From: an uncultured Chromatiaceae bacterium
GTDB lineage: Bacteria > Pseudomonadota > Gammaproteobacteria > DRLM01
DNA length: 64,000 nt
Direction: 5' to 3'
Assembly: GCA_945787555.1 (NCBI GenBank)
Contig: CALZJG010000026.1
Coordinates: 230-64,229 of the forward strand
Under the pieces are notes generated by a model that was not told the origin of the DNA, ran no database searches, and was given only the letters and a program-made list of their open reading frames with translations. Positions 28,597-38,031 of this stretch are shown in pieces (the stretch's first letter is position 1; each line of letters starts with the position of its first letter). The translations under genes were made by a program, and so were the position numbers.

Positions 28597-29652
28597 ATGC
28601 GTTACATCAAGCAGATAGGGTTGGTTTTGGGCTTGCTGGCGGGGGCCGCAGGTGTCGCCCAGGCCGCCGGTGATTTGGTTGTTTACTCCGGTCGTAGCGA
28701 TAAGTTGGTGAAGCCGGTCGTTGAGGCGTTTACAGCCGAAACAGGCATTAAGGTCACTCTGCATAGTGCCAGTTCGACCGAATTGCTGAACAAGTTGCGA
28801 GTCGAGGGAGCGCGTACCCAGGCAGACCTCTATTTAAGTAACGATGCGGGTAATTTGGAGATTGGCGGTCAATTGGGACTGTTCGAGCCGTTGCCGAAGG
28901 CGACCGCCGAGTCCGTGGATGCGCGTTGGCGCGCGCCGGACGATACCTGGGTGGGTCTTTCGGCGCGCGCCCGTGTGCTGGTGGTGAACCGCCAGGCAGA
29001 GGATGTTGACTTCGTTAAGTCGATCTTTGATCTCGCTGATCCGCGTTTGCAGGGTCGCTTGGCCATTACCAACAGCGCCAATGAAAGCTTCGTGGCGGGT
29101 GTGACGGTCTACATGGAGGCGGCGGGCAAGGAAAAGACCCGCGCGTGGTTGCAGGGTATGAAGGACAATGTGGGCAAGAGCGTATTTGCTAAACATGGCC
29201 AGGTGGTGAACGCCGTCGCCGAAGGTAAGTACGCCGTGGGGCTGGTCAATCACTATTATATCTTCCGCTATCTCAATCAGCAGATCAAAGACACAGACAA
29301 AGACAAGGATGTAGATAAAGCTCACGAGGCCGGTTTAGTTAAGGATGCCATCCGCATACTCGTGCCGGACCAGGGCGCGGACGGCATGGGCGTGGCCTGG
29401 AACGTCGCCGGTGTGGCGGTGAGCAAGCACAGTAAGCACAAAGACTTGGCAAAGAAGTTTGTGAGCTTCCTGGTATCGGAAAAAGGGCAAAAGATTTTCG
29501 CTGAAGTGAATTTCGAATACCCCACCCGCGCCGACGTGCCCACCGCACCGGGTTTGGTAAAGGATATCAAAGTGGCGGATGTGCCTATGTCCAAGCTCGG
29601 TCCCGAGCGGGGGGCGACGATAGACTTGATCGAAGCGGTCGGAATGCCGTGA
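28597..29652 (+). CDS. Fe(3+) ABC transporter periplasmic substrate-binding protein (FbpA/AfuA family)
   Basis: Signal peptide. Family-1 extracellular solute-binding-protein fold pattern (VVYSGRSDKLV...LYLSNDAGN...GLVNHYY). Downstream of a Fur box. Confidence 0.75.
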   Translation: MRYIKQIGLVLGLLAGAAGVAQAAGDLVVYSGRSDKLVKPVVEAFTAETGIKVTLHSASSTELLNKLRVEGARTQADLYLSNDAGNLEIGGQLGLFEPLPKATAESVDARWRAPDDTWVGLSARARVLVVNRQAEDVDFVKSIFDLADPRLQGRLAITNSANESFVAGVTVYMEAAGKEKTRAWLQGMKDNVGKSVFAKHGQVVNAVAEGKYAVGLVNHYYIFRYLNQQIKDTDKDKDVDKAHEAGLVKDAIRILVPDQGADGMGVAWNVAGVAVSKHSKHKDLAKKFVSFLVSEKGQKIFAEVNFEYPTRADVPTAPGLVKDIKVADVPMSKLGPERGATIDLIEAVGMP

Positions 29653-29679
29653 GGATGATTCCGCGCTGTTGAGGAGGGG

Positions 29680-31251
29680 ATGATTAAAACCAAAATCGGC
29701 CCACTGGGGACGGTGGCGGGGATGGTCGTGTTGATCGCGGCCATCCCTTTATTGTTTGTGTTTTACAGCAGTGCCCAGCTAGACGCGGAGCGCTGGGGCC
29801 GCTTGTGGAGCACTCGTTTGCCGGAACTGTTCGGCAATACGTTATCGCTGGCCATCTTGGTTTGTCTCGGTGCTTTCGTACTTGGCATCTCCTCGGCCTG
29901 GCTAATCGCGCGGCGAGATTTCGTGGGGCGGCGTCTCGCGATCTGGTTGATGGTATTGCCACTGGCCATACCGACCTACGTGTTCGCGCATATTTACTCA
30001 GTCTTGCTCGATAGTCGTGGTTGGTTGGGGTCATTGTGGATAGCCACGTTCGGAGATGCGATTCCAGTACCCGACTTATACAATGTCTTCGGTGTGGCGC
30101 TGATCCTGGCCTTGGCCAGTTACTCCTACGTGTTTTTGATGGTGCACGCCGCCCTGAGTCGTTCCAATCGCTCCTTGGAGGAGGCCGCCCGTCTCCATGG
30201 CGCCACGCCGATGCAAGTATTTTGGCGGGTGACGCTGCCGCTGCTGCGGCCCGCCATCGCCGCTAGCCTGGCGGTGGTGGTGTTGCATGTGCTGTCCGAC
30301 TTCGGCGCAGTGAGCATGCTGCGCTTTCAGACTTTTACTCTCAGTATCTATTTGCAGATGAGCGGGCGTTTCGACTACCAAGCCGCCGCCGGTCTGAGTT
30401 TGGTGTTGGTCGGTTTGAGCCTCACCTTTTTGGTGATTGAGCGCTTCTTCCGTAGTCGCCAGCGTTTTTACTCGGGTGCGCAAGGCGCGCTCATCCGACC
30501 CAAGCCCGCGACGCGCGGCGAACTGGTGTGGATATGGTTGTGGCTGGGCCACATCATGTTGCTGGCGGTGATCCTGCCCTTGGCGTGGATGTTGGATTGG
30601 ACTTGGGCAGCCTATCGCGACCAACTCATCGGCGCCGAGTTTTGGGGATATGCCATCAATACCGTGACGGTGGCCTTTCTCGCCGCCAGCGCCGCCATGG
30701 TGGTGGCCTTGCCGGTGGGCTTGTTTCATGTGCGGCGGCGTTCGCTGGCCAGCGAGTCCTTCATACAGATGTCCAGCGTCGGCTTCGTTTTGCCCGGGCC
30801 GGTGATCGCATTGGGTCTCATCACTTTTCTGCTGGCGGTGTTCTCGCCTTTGTACGGCAGCTTGGCGGCCTTGGTGATGGCCTTGGTGATCCGCTTCTTG
30901 CCCTTGGCGGTGCAGTCCGAGGAGGCGTCGATGCAGCAGCTCACACCCAGTGTCGAGCAGGCCGGGCGTGTGCACGGCGCCGGACCGTTGGAAAATTTGT
31001 GGCGGGTGACCTTGCCCATGATTCGCGGTGGGATGGCGGTGGCTTGGGTGCTGGTGTTCATCGATGCGCTGAAGGAATTGCCGGCGACGCTGATTTTGCG
31101 CCCGGTGGGCTTCGATACCTTGCCGGTGCGGATTTGGATAGAAGCCAGTGAGGAAATGCTGGAGCTGGCCGCTCCTGCCGCGCTGATGCTGGTGGTGGCG
31201 TCGCTGCCTGCGCTGTGGATCATGATGCGCGGCCAAGCCGCCTCGCGCTGA
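29680..31251 (+). CDS. Fe(3+) ABC transporter permease, fused double-TMD (FbpB-like)
   Basis: 523 aa with two ABC-permease domains, each with an EAA loop (EEAARLHGATPMQVFWRVTLP and EQAGRVHGAGPLENLWRVTLP). No ATPase gene follows. Confidence 0.75.
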   Translation: MIKTKIGPLGTVAGMVVLIAAIPLLFVFYSSAQLDAERWGRLWSTRLPELFGNTLSLAILVCLGAFVLGISSAWLIARRDFVGRRLAIWLMVLPLAIPTYVFAHIYSVLLDSRGWLGSLWIATFGDAIPVPDLYNVFGVALILALASYSYVFLMVHAALSRSNRSLEEAARLHGATPMQVFWRVTLPLLRPAIAASLAVVVLHVLSDFGAVSMLRFQTFTLSIYLQMSGRFDYQAAAGLSLVLVGLSLTFLVIERFFRSRQRFYSGAQGALIRPKPATRGELVWIWLWLGHIMLLAVILPLAWMLDWTWAAYRDQLIGAEFWGYAINTVTVAFLAASAAMVVALPVGLFHVRRRSLASESFIQMSSVGFVLPGPVIALGLITFLLAVFSPLYGSLAALVMALVIRFLPLAVQSEEASMQQLTPSVEQAGRVHGAGPLENLWRVTLPMIRGGMAVAWVLVFIDALKELPATLILRPVGFDTLPVRIWIEASEEMLELAAPAALMLVVASLPALWIMMRGQAASR

Positions 31252-31324
31252 TGCTGTGATAGGGTTGCGCCGCGCTTGGTTTCCCCACTGCAGCCCGGTA
31301 TAGTGTGCCACTCAACCACTCCAC

Positions 31325-31510
31325 TGCGGGAGAGACCCCGTCCGTCTTGAATGATCCGACTGCGGATGCAAGATAGACGCGGGCGCCGAAGGCGCAACCA
31401 GCCCGGAATCGCTCAGGCAAAAGGACCGTAGTGGCAAGGTGACTCTGGAGAGAGGCCGTGACCCGGCCCACCGAAGGGGCACAAGCTCTCAGGTACCCGG
31501 ACAGAGGGGC
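31325..31510 (+). ncRNA. Glycine riboswitch (tandem aptamers) in the gcvT leader
   Basis: Aptamer 1 has GGGAGAG...GCGGGCGCCGAAGGCGCAA...CTCAGGCAAAAGGAC. Aptamer 2 has CTCTGGAGAG...CCCACCGAAGGGGCA...CTCTCAGG...ACAGAGG. Both match the glycine-riboswitch consensus. Confidence 0.8.
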
Positions 31511-31547
31511 GATGACTGCGATGCTGCGGTCGTCGCCCTTTTTTATT
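31507..31547 (+). terminator. Intrinsic terminator (riboswitch expression platform)
   Basis: GGGCGATGAC-tgcgatgctgcg-GTCGTCGCCC followed by TTTTTTATT, immediately after aptamer 2. Confidence 0.65.
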
Positions 31548-31657
31548 ATGCGCAGGGCGATTTCAAACAAAATGAAGGCGTCGGGTGCTGCACGTCCTTT
31601 CCCCGCGTGGGAGGGGAATGTGAGTTCGCTGTTGGGTACAACAAACACGGGGAAGGC

Positions 31658-32746
31658 ATGGGCAATAAAACACCTCTCTACGACATGCATGTGGCCGCCG
31701 GTGCCAAGCTAGTCGATTTCGGCGGCTGGGACATGCCGATAAATTACGGCTCGCAGCTCGAGGAGCATCATCAAGTGCGTCGCGACGCCGGCATGTTCGA
31801 TGTTTCCCATATGACTATCGTCGATTTGCGCGGCGGGCGAGTGCGGGAGTTTCTGCACCGCTTAGTGGCCAACAATATCGATAAATTGAAGTTGGCCGGT
31901 GGCGCCCTCTACACCTGCATGCTCAACGAGCGCGCGGGCGTGATCGACGATCTCATCGTTTATTACTGCGATCCACACTGGTATCGCCTGGTCGTCAATG
32001 CCGCCACCCGCGACAAGGACTTGGCGTGGATCACGCGCCATGCCGCTGAATTCGAGGTCGAAGTGCGCGAGCGCCACGACTTGGCTATGATCGCCGTGCA
32101 AGGCCCGCAGGCGCGCGATAAAACACATGCCGCGTTGGGGGATACGGTGCGCGCCGCCACCGCGCTGCAAAAGCCCTTTACTTTTGTGGTGGTGGGCGAC
32201 CTGTGCATTGCCCGCACCGGCTATACCGGCGAGGATGGTTACGAACTCATGTTGCCCGCCGCACGCGCGGTGGAGGTGTGGCGCAAGTTGCTCGACGCGG
32301 GGGTGCAGCCCGCCGGCCTGGGCGCCCGCGACACCTTGCGCTTGGAGGCGGGGATGAATTTGTACGGCACCGACATGGACGAAGACATGACGCCTTTGGA
32401 CGCGGGTTTGGCATGGACAGTGGGCTGGGAGCCGGCCGGGCGGGACTTTATCGGCCGGGCGGCGTTGGAAGCGCAGCGCGAACGTGGAGATGCAGCCCGC
32501 TTCGTCGGGCTGGTTTTGCTGGACAAGGGCGTATTGCGCAATCACTTGCCGGTGTTTGCCGGTGAGCGTCGCATCGGTGAAATCACCAGTGGCAGTTTTT
32601 CGCCTACCCTGGGGCGTGCCATTGCGTTGGCGCGAGTGCAGGGCGACGTTGGCGATGTGTGTCAAGTCGAAGTGCGTGGCAAGAAAATTGACGCGCGCGT
32701 GGTCAAGCCGCCCTTCGTGCGTAAAGGTCAGTCTTGTATTGATTAA
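31658..32746 (+). CDS. gcvT: Glycine cleavage system aminomethyltransferase GcvT
   Basis: [32 protein letters not shown]...FDVSHM. 362 aa from ATG 31658 with RBS GGGGAAGG. The longer ORF from 31439 would span the riboswitch. Confidence 0.9.
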   Translation: MGNKTPLYDMHVAAGAKLVDFGGWDMPINYGSQLEEHHQVRRDAGMFDVSHMTIVDLRGGRVREFLHRLVANNIDKLKLAGGALYTCMLNERAGVIDDLIVYYCDPHWYRLVVNAATRDKDLAWITRHAAEFEVEVRERHDLAMIAVQGPQARDKTHAALGDTVRAATALQKPFTFVVVGDLCIARTGYTGEDGYELMLPAARAVEVWRKLLDAGVQPAGLGARDTLRLEAGMNLYGTDMDEDMTPLDAGLAWTVGWEPAGRDFIGRAALEAQRERGDAARFVGLVLLDKGVLRNHLPVFAGERRIGEITSGSFSPTLGRAIALARVQGDVGDVCQVEVRGKKIDARVVKPPFVRKGQSCID

Positions 32747-32772
32747 TCCTTGAGAATTCAGAGGTCGTGAAC

Positions 32773-33168
32773 ATGAGCAACCTACCCGCCGAATTGAGAT
32801 ACACCAAGAGTCACGAATGGGTGCGGCAAGAAGCCGATGGTACCCTCACCGTGGGCATTACCGATCATGCGCAGGATTTGCTGGGCGACATGGTCTACGT
32901 CGAATTGCCCGAAGTCGGTCGCGAAGTGCAGGCAGGTCAGGAATGCGCGGTGGTGGAATCAGTGAAGGCCGCGTCCGATGTGTACAGCCCGGTAGGTGGT
33001 GAAGTCGTGGCGGTGAATGACGCGGTCAGCGACGGTCCCGAGACGGTGAATAAGGACCCCTATGGCGCGGGTTGGATGATGCGGATCAAGCCCGCTAACA
33101 CCGCCGAATGGGAGGCGCTGTTGGATGCCCAGGCTTACCAAGCGCTGGTGGACAGCGAAGCACATTGA
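32773..33168 (+). CDS. gcvH: Glycine cleavage system H protein (lipoyl carrier)
   Basis: [10 protein letters not shown]...[12 protein letters not shown] (lipoyl-Lys motif). 131 aa. Confidence 0.9.
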   Translation: MSNLPAELRYTKSHEWVRQEADGTLTVGITDHAQDLLGDMVYVELPEVGREVQAGQECAVVESVKAASDVYSPVGGEVVAVNDAVSDGPETVNKDPYGAGWMMRIKPANTAEWEALLDAQAYQALVDSEAH

Positions 33169-33203
33169 TTTCGGTTCCGGAAATAGCCTTGAGGTTTTGA
33201 TCG

Positions 33204-34562
33204 ATGCCGTTTATACCCCATACCGAACATGACGTCCGCGACATGCTCGCTGCCATCGAGACGGCCAGTATCGAGGACTTGTTCGACGAAATTCCCGCCG
33301 CCTTGCGCGCGCCGTTGAAGGAGGTGCCGCCCGGCTTGAGTGAAATGGATGTCGCCCGTCTGATGAGCGAGCGCGCCGCCCAGGATGGTCATCGCTTGTG
33401 CTTTTGCGGCGCTGGCGCCTATGAACATCACATTCCCGCCGCGGTATGGGAGCTGACCACGCGTGGTGAGTTCTATACCGCCTACACGCCCTACCAGGCC
33501 GAGGCCAGCCAAGGTACGTTGCAGCTGCTGTACGAATATCAATCCATGATGGTCGGCTTGACCGGCTTGGAGGTCTCCAATGCGTCGCTCTACGACGGCG
33601 CGTCGGCGTTGGCCGAAGCGGTGTTGATGGCGGTGCGCGCCAATCGGCAATCGAAGTCCAAGCGCATACTCATGCCGAGCACCGTGCATCCCCATTACCG
33701 CGATGTGGTGCAGGCCATCGTGGCCAACCAAGGTATCGAATTGGTGAGCGTGCCTTATTGCACCGAGGGGGGGCATACCATCCCCGAATCCTTGGCGCAC
33801 TACGCCGGTCAGGATTTCGCCGCGCTGGTGATCGCCCAACCGAATTTTTTCGGCGTCTTGGAAGAAGTGGACGCACTGACCGATTGGGCCCATGCTCAAG
33901 GCATGCTGGTCATCGGCACGGTCAATCCCACCGCGCTGGCGCTGCTCAAACCGCCCGGCGAGTGGGGCGCCCGCGGCGCCGATATTGCCTGTGGTGAAGG
34001 TCAGCCACTGGGCATCCCTTTGGCCTCCGGCGGCCCCTATTTCGGCTTCATCGCCTGCAAACAGGATTGGGTGCGGCAAATGCCGGGTCGCATCGTCGGT
34101 CGCACTGTGGATAAGGAGGGCAAGCCCGGCTTTACTCTCACCTTGCAAGCCCGTGAGCAACATATCCGCCGCTCCAAAGCCACCTCCAACATCTGCACCA
34201 ATCAAGGTCTGATGGTCACTGCGGCAACCATCTATATGTCCCTGGTGGGCGGCGAAGGCCTGGCGCGGGTCGCCGCCGCCAGCCATGCCAACACGCAGGG
34301 TTTGTTGCAGCGCCTGGCCAAGATTGAGGGTGTCGAAGTTGTGTTCAATCGCCCGGTCTTCCATGAGGCGCTGTTGCGCCTGTCGCGCCCGGTAGAGGAC
34401 GTGATTGATGCCTTGGCGGCCGAGGGCATCCTTGGTGGCTACAATGTAACCTCGCACTATCCTGAATTGGGCGAGACCCTACTGGTGTGCGCGACTGAAA
34501 CGCGTAGCGACCGTGATCTCGATGAATACGCCGCGCGTCTGGCGGCTATACTGCAACAATAG
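33204..34562 (+). CDS. gcvPA: Glycine dehydrogenase (decarboxylating) subunit 1, GcvPA
   Basis: 452 aa. Split-type P-protein N-terminal subunit ([20 protein letters not shown]). Confidence 0.9.
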   Translation: MPFIPHTEHDVRDMLAAIETASIEDLFDEIPAALRAPLKEVPPGLSEMDVARLMSERAAQDGHRLCFCGAGAYEHHIPAAVWELTTRGEFYTAYTPYQAEASQGTLQLLYEYQSMMVGLTGLEVSNASLYDGASALAEAVLMAVRANRQSKSKRILMPSTVHPHYRDVVQAIVANQGIELVSVPYCTEGGHTIPESLAHYAGQDFAALVIAQPNFFGVLEEVDALTDWAHAQGMLVIGTVNPTALALLKPPGEWGARGADIACGEGQPLGIPLASGGPYFGFIACKQDWVRQMPGRIVGRTVDKEGKPGFTLTLQAREQHIRRSKATSNICTNQGLMVTAATIYMSLVGGEGLARVAAASHANTQGLLQRLAKIEGVEVVFNRPVFHEALLRLSRPVEDVIDALAAEGILGGYNVTSHYPELGETLLVCATETRSDRDLDEYAARLAAILQQ

Positions 34563-34596
34563 GCAATCAACCACCCAGCGGCTAAGGAGACGGCAT

Positions 34597-35094
34597 ATGG
34601 CAACTATCACATTGAAATCCCAGCCCATCCAAACAAACGGTGAGCTGCCGGCGGTGGGCGGCACCGCTCCCGATTTTCACCTGGTGGACAAGGATCTCAA
34701 CGACGTGCGCCTCGATACCTATCATGGCAAGAAGAAACTACTCAATATCGTGCCTAGCCTGGATACGGCGGTATGCGCCACTTCCGCGCGCAAGTTCAAC
34801 GAATATGCCAAGGGCCGCGATGATTTGGTGGTCCTGACGGTGTCCGCCGACTTACCGTTCGCGCAAGGGCGGTTTTGCCAATCGGAGGGGATTACCAATG
34901 TCATCACCCTGTCGATGATGCGTTCGCGCAATTTTGCCAAAGATTACGGCGTGTTGATTCAAGACGGCCCGCTGGCCGGCATCACCGCGCGCGCCATCGT
35001 CGCCCTCGACGAGGACAATCGCGTGGTCTACAGCGAACTGGTGCCGGAGATCGCCCAGGAGCCCAACTACGACAAGGCCCTGGCGGCGTTGTGA
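34597..35094 (+). CDS. tpx: Thiol peroxidase Tpx (atypical 2-Cys peroxiredoxin)
   Basis: GTAPDF...IVPSLDTAVCATS...FCQSEGI are the Tpx family motifs. ATG 34597 with AAGGAGA RBS. Lies between gcvPA and gcvPB. Confidence 0.85.
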   Translation: MATITLKSQPIQTNGELPAVGGTAPDFHLVDKDLNDVRLDTYHGKKKLLNIVPSLDTAVCATSARKFNEYAKGRDDLVVLTVSADLPFAQGRFCQSEGITNVITLSMMRSRNFAKDYGVLIQDGPLAGITARAIVALDEDNRVVYSELVPEIAQEPNYDKALAAL

Positions 35095-35250
35095 GATAGG
35101 AATTGTCTGCAGGCTTGGCGTGCGTAACCCGCCACCCTAAGCCGTTAGGCGATCCTATGGGAAATTGATTAATGCGTCGCTGCGCGACAGCCTGGTGGGT
35201 TACGCTACGCTAACTCACCCTACATTGAATACTTAACACGAGTTGTTGAT

Positions 35251-36702
35251 ATGTTGATTTTCGAACATTCCCGTTCCGGGCGGCGTGCCTATGCGCAAGC
35301 GCCCAGTAGTGTCACCGAGGTGAACGTCATCCCCGCGCATCTGCGTCGCCAGCGCCGCGCCCCCTTGCCGGAAGTGTCGGAACTGGATGCGGTGCGCCAT
35401 TACACGCGTTTGTCGCAGAAGAACTTCTCCATCGATACCCATTTCTATCCGCTCGGCTCATGCACCATGAAGTACAACCCACGCGCCTGTAACAGCTACG
35501 CGCTGCTGCCGGGATTCCGCGGCCGTCATCCGCTCAGCCCGGAGCGCATGGGGCAAGGCTTCCTCGCCTGCATGTATGAATTGCAGGAAATGATGAAGGA
35601 TGTGACCGGCATGCGCGCAGTGTCGCTCACCCCCATGGCGGGTGCGCAGGGTGAGTTCGCCGGGGTGGCGATGATCCGCGCCTATCACGATGCGCGGGGA
35701 GACGATGCGCGTGCGGAAATCCTGGTGCCGGATGCCGCGCACGGCACCAATCCCGCCACGGCGGTGATGTGCGGATACAAGGTGCGCGAGATCCCCACCG
35801 ATCGCGAGGGTGATGTCGATTTCGACGCGCTGCGCGCGGCGGTCGGTCCGCATACGGCGGGGATCATGCTCACCAACCCCTCGACGCTGGGCGTGTTCGA
35901 GCGGCGCATTAAAGACATCGCCAAGATCGTGCACGATGCTGGCGGGCTGCTCTATTACGATGGCGCCAATCTCAATGCCATCCTCGGCAAGGTGAAGCCC
36001 GGCGACATGGGGTTCGACGTCGTGCATTTGAATCTGCACAAGACCTTTTCGACGCCGCATGGCGGCGGCGGACCCGGGGCGGGTCCGGTGGCGGTGAACG
36101 AGCGCCTGATGCCGTTTCTGCCGCTGCCGTGCGTGACCCGCGACGGCGATCACTATCGTTGGCTGACGCAACAAGAATGCCCGCAAAGTATCGGCCGCTT
36201 GTCTGCCTTCATGGGGAACGCCGGAGTCTTGCTGCGCGCCTATATCTACGCGCGCTTGCTGGGGTGCGAAGGCATGGAGCGGGTCGCGGAATACGCCACG
36301 CTCAATGCCAATTATCTGATGGTGCAATTGGCCCGGCGTGGTTTCAAGCTGGCCTATCCGACACGGCGCGCCACGCATGAATTCATCGTCACGCTCAAAG
36401 CCCAGGCCAAGGAGCTGGATGTGAGCGCGATGGACTTCGCCAAGCGCTTGCTCGATTACGGTTATCACGCGCCGACCACCTATTTCCCGCTGCTGGTGCC
36501 GGAGTGTTTTCTCATTGAGCCCACTGAGAGCGAAAGCAAGGAAACCTTGGACGGTTTCGCGGAAGCCATGAGCCAGATACTGCGCGAATCGCAATCCGAT
36601 TCTGACCAGGTGCGCGGCGCGCCCTATACCATGCCGGTTAAGCGTTTGGACGATGTGCGTGCCGCCCGTGAGTTGGATCTGGCGTGGCGGCCTGCACAAT
36701 GA
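35251..36702 (+). CDS. gcvPB: Glycine dehydrogenase (decarboxylating) subunit 2, GcvPB
   Basis: 483 aa. PLP-site region [18 protein letters not shown] is typical of the P-protein C-terminal subunit. Confidence 0.9.
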   Translation: MLIFEHSRSGRRAYAQAPSSVTEVNVIPAHLRRQRRAPLPEVSELDAVRHYTRLSQKNFSIDTHFYPLGSCTMKYNPRACNSYALLPGFRGRHPLSPERMGQGFLACMYELQEMMKDVTGMRAVSLTPMAGAQGEFAGVAMIRAYHDARGDDARAEILVPDAAHGTNPATAVMCGYKVREIPTDREGDVDFDALRAAVGPHTAGIMLTNPSTLGVFERRIKDIAKIVHDAGGLLYYDGANLNAILGKVKPGDMGFDVVHLNLHKTFSTPHGGGGPGAGPVAVNERLMPFLPLPCVTRDGDHYRWLTQQECPQSIGRLSAFMGNAGVLLRAYIYARLLGCEGMERVAEYATLNANYLMVQLARRGFKLAYPTRRATHEFIVTLKAQAKELDVSAMDFAKRLLDYGYHAPTTYFPLLVPECFLIEPTESESKETLDGFAEAMSQILRESQSDSDQVRGAPYTMPVKRLDDVRAARELDLAWRPAQ

Positions 36703-36706
36703 GGGC

Positions 36707-37066
36707 ATGAGCGCGCCCTGGTACTACATGCAGCGGTTGCTCCGCGCCACGGGCTATTCCTGGGCGGGACTACGCGCGGCCTGGCTGGGGGAGCCCGCCT
36801 TTCGCTTGGAAGTGATCTTGCTGACACCGCTGGTGCCGGTGGCGTTGTGGTTGGGCGGCAGTGGATTGGAGCGCGCTTTTTTGATCGGCAGTTTGGTGCT
36901 GGTGCTGATCGTCGAAATGCTCAATTCGGCCATCGAGGCGGTGGTCGATCGCGTCGGCAGCGAACGCCACGAGCTATCCGCGCGCGCCAAGGACATGGGG
37001 TCGGCGGCGGTGTTCATCGCGTTGGTGAACGTGCTGGCGGTGTGGCTGTTGATTTTAGTTGATTGA
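36707..37066 (+). CDS. dgkA: Diacylglycerol kinase DgkA
   Basis: 119 aa, 3 TM. EMLNSAIEAVVDRVG...AKDMGSAAV signature. Starts 5 nt after the gcvPB stop. Confidence 0.8.
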   Translation: MSAPWYYMQRLLRATGYSWAGLRAAWLGEPAFRLEVILLTPLVPVALWLGGSGLERAFLIGSLVLVLIVEMLNSAIEAVVDRVGSERHELSARAKDMGSAAVFIALVNVLAVWLLILVD

Positions 37067-37086
37067 ACGATAGAACGGAGTGCGAT

Positions 37087-38019
37087 ATGTCGGCGTTGAT
37101 TTGCGGTTCTTTCGCCTACGACACCATTATGGTGTTTCACGATAAATTCAATAATCATATCCTGCCCGACAAGGTGCACATCCTCAATGTGTCCTTCCTG
37201 GTGCCGGAGATGCGTCGCGAGTTCGGCGGTTGTGCCGGTAATATCGCCTATGGCTTGAAAATGTTGGGAGGCGATCCGCTGCCCATGGGGACGGTGGGTA
37301 AGGACTTCGCTCCTTACGCCGAGTGGCTGGATCAGTGCGGAATATCGCGTACTCATCTCAAGGTAATGGAAGAAAACTATACCGCGCAAGCCTATATCAC
37401 CACCGACATGGACGACAATCAGATTACCGCGTTTCACCCCGGCGCCATGAGTTATTCACATGAGAACGCTATCGACGCTGCGCATGATGTAGTCCTGGGT
37501 ATGGTCTCGCCCGATGGTCGCGACGGCATGTTGCAACACGCTGCTCAATTCGCCGAGGCGGGTATCCCCTTTATTTTCGATCCCGGCCAGGGTATGCCGA
37601 TGTTCGATGGCGAAGATTTGCTGCGCTTCATCGAACAAGCAACCTGGGTGACGGTAAACGACTACGAAGCCGAGCTACTGCAAAACCGTACCGGCTTGTC
37701 GCCGCACGAAATCGCCGAGCGCGTGCGCGCGCTCATTATCACGCTGGGCGCCAAGGGCGCGCACATCTATGTGGGCGATCAGCGTATCGATATACCGGCG
37801 GCCACGCCGAGCAAAGTCGTCGACCCCACCGGTTGCGGTGATGCTTTCCGCGCCGGCCTCTTGTACGGTTTGATGAATGACATGGATTGGGAGGCCACGG
37901 GGCGTATTGCTGCCCTCATGGGCGCCTTGAAGATTGAGCATCACGGCACGCAGACTTATCGTTTCAATCGCGGCGAATTCGACGCGCGTTTCAATGCGGC
38001 TTACGGATACAGTATTTAA
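37087..38019 (+). CDS. PfkB-family carbohydrate/nucleoside kinase (adenosine-kinase-like)
   Basis: GG dipeptide lid region and the anion-hole DPTGCGDAF motif. 310 aa. A TTG at 37063 is an alternative start. Confidence 0.75.
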   Translation: MSALICGSFAYDTIMVFHDKFNNHILPDKVHILNVSFLVPEMRREFGGCAGNIAYGLKMLGGDPLPMGTVGKDFAPYAEWLDQCGISRTHLKVMEENYTAQAYITTDMDDNQITAFHPGAMSYSHENAIDAAHDVVLGMVSPDGRDGMLQHAAQFAEAGIPFIFDPGQGMPMFDGEDLLRFIEQATWVTVNDYEAELLQNRTGLSPHEIAERVRALIITLGAKGAHIYVGDQRIDIPAATPSKVVDPTGCGDAFRAGLLYGLMNDMDWEATGRIAALMGALKIEHHGTQTYRFNRGEFDARFNAAYGYSI

Positions 38020-38031
38020 GCGAAGGTTAAA

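Noticed and set aside
31439-31657. 5' extension of the gcvT ORF to 31439
   Set aside because: The extension would translate through the glycine riboswitch aptamer 2 and its terminator. ATG 31658 with a good RBS gives a canonical 362-aa GcvT.
33135-34457. 440-aa minus-strand ORF antisense to gcvPA. Similar long antisense ORFs are 35458..36708 opposite gcvPB, 30076..31311 opposite the Fe permease, 19824..20603 opposite ilvA, 31862..32665 opposite gcvT and 15119..15766 opposite the radical SAM gene.
   Set aside because: The sense-strand genes have clear family matches and these do not. Their Arg/Gly/His-rich low-complexity translations are typical of antisense frames in high-GC DNA.
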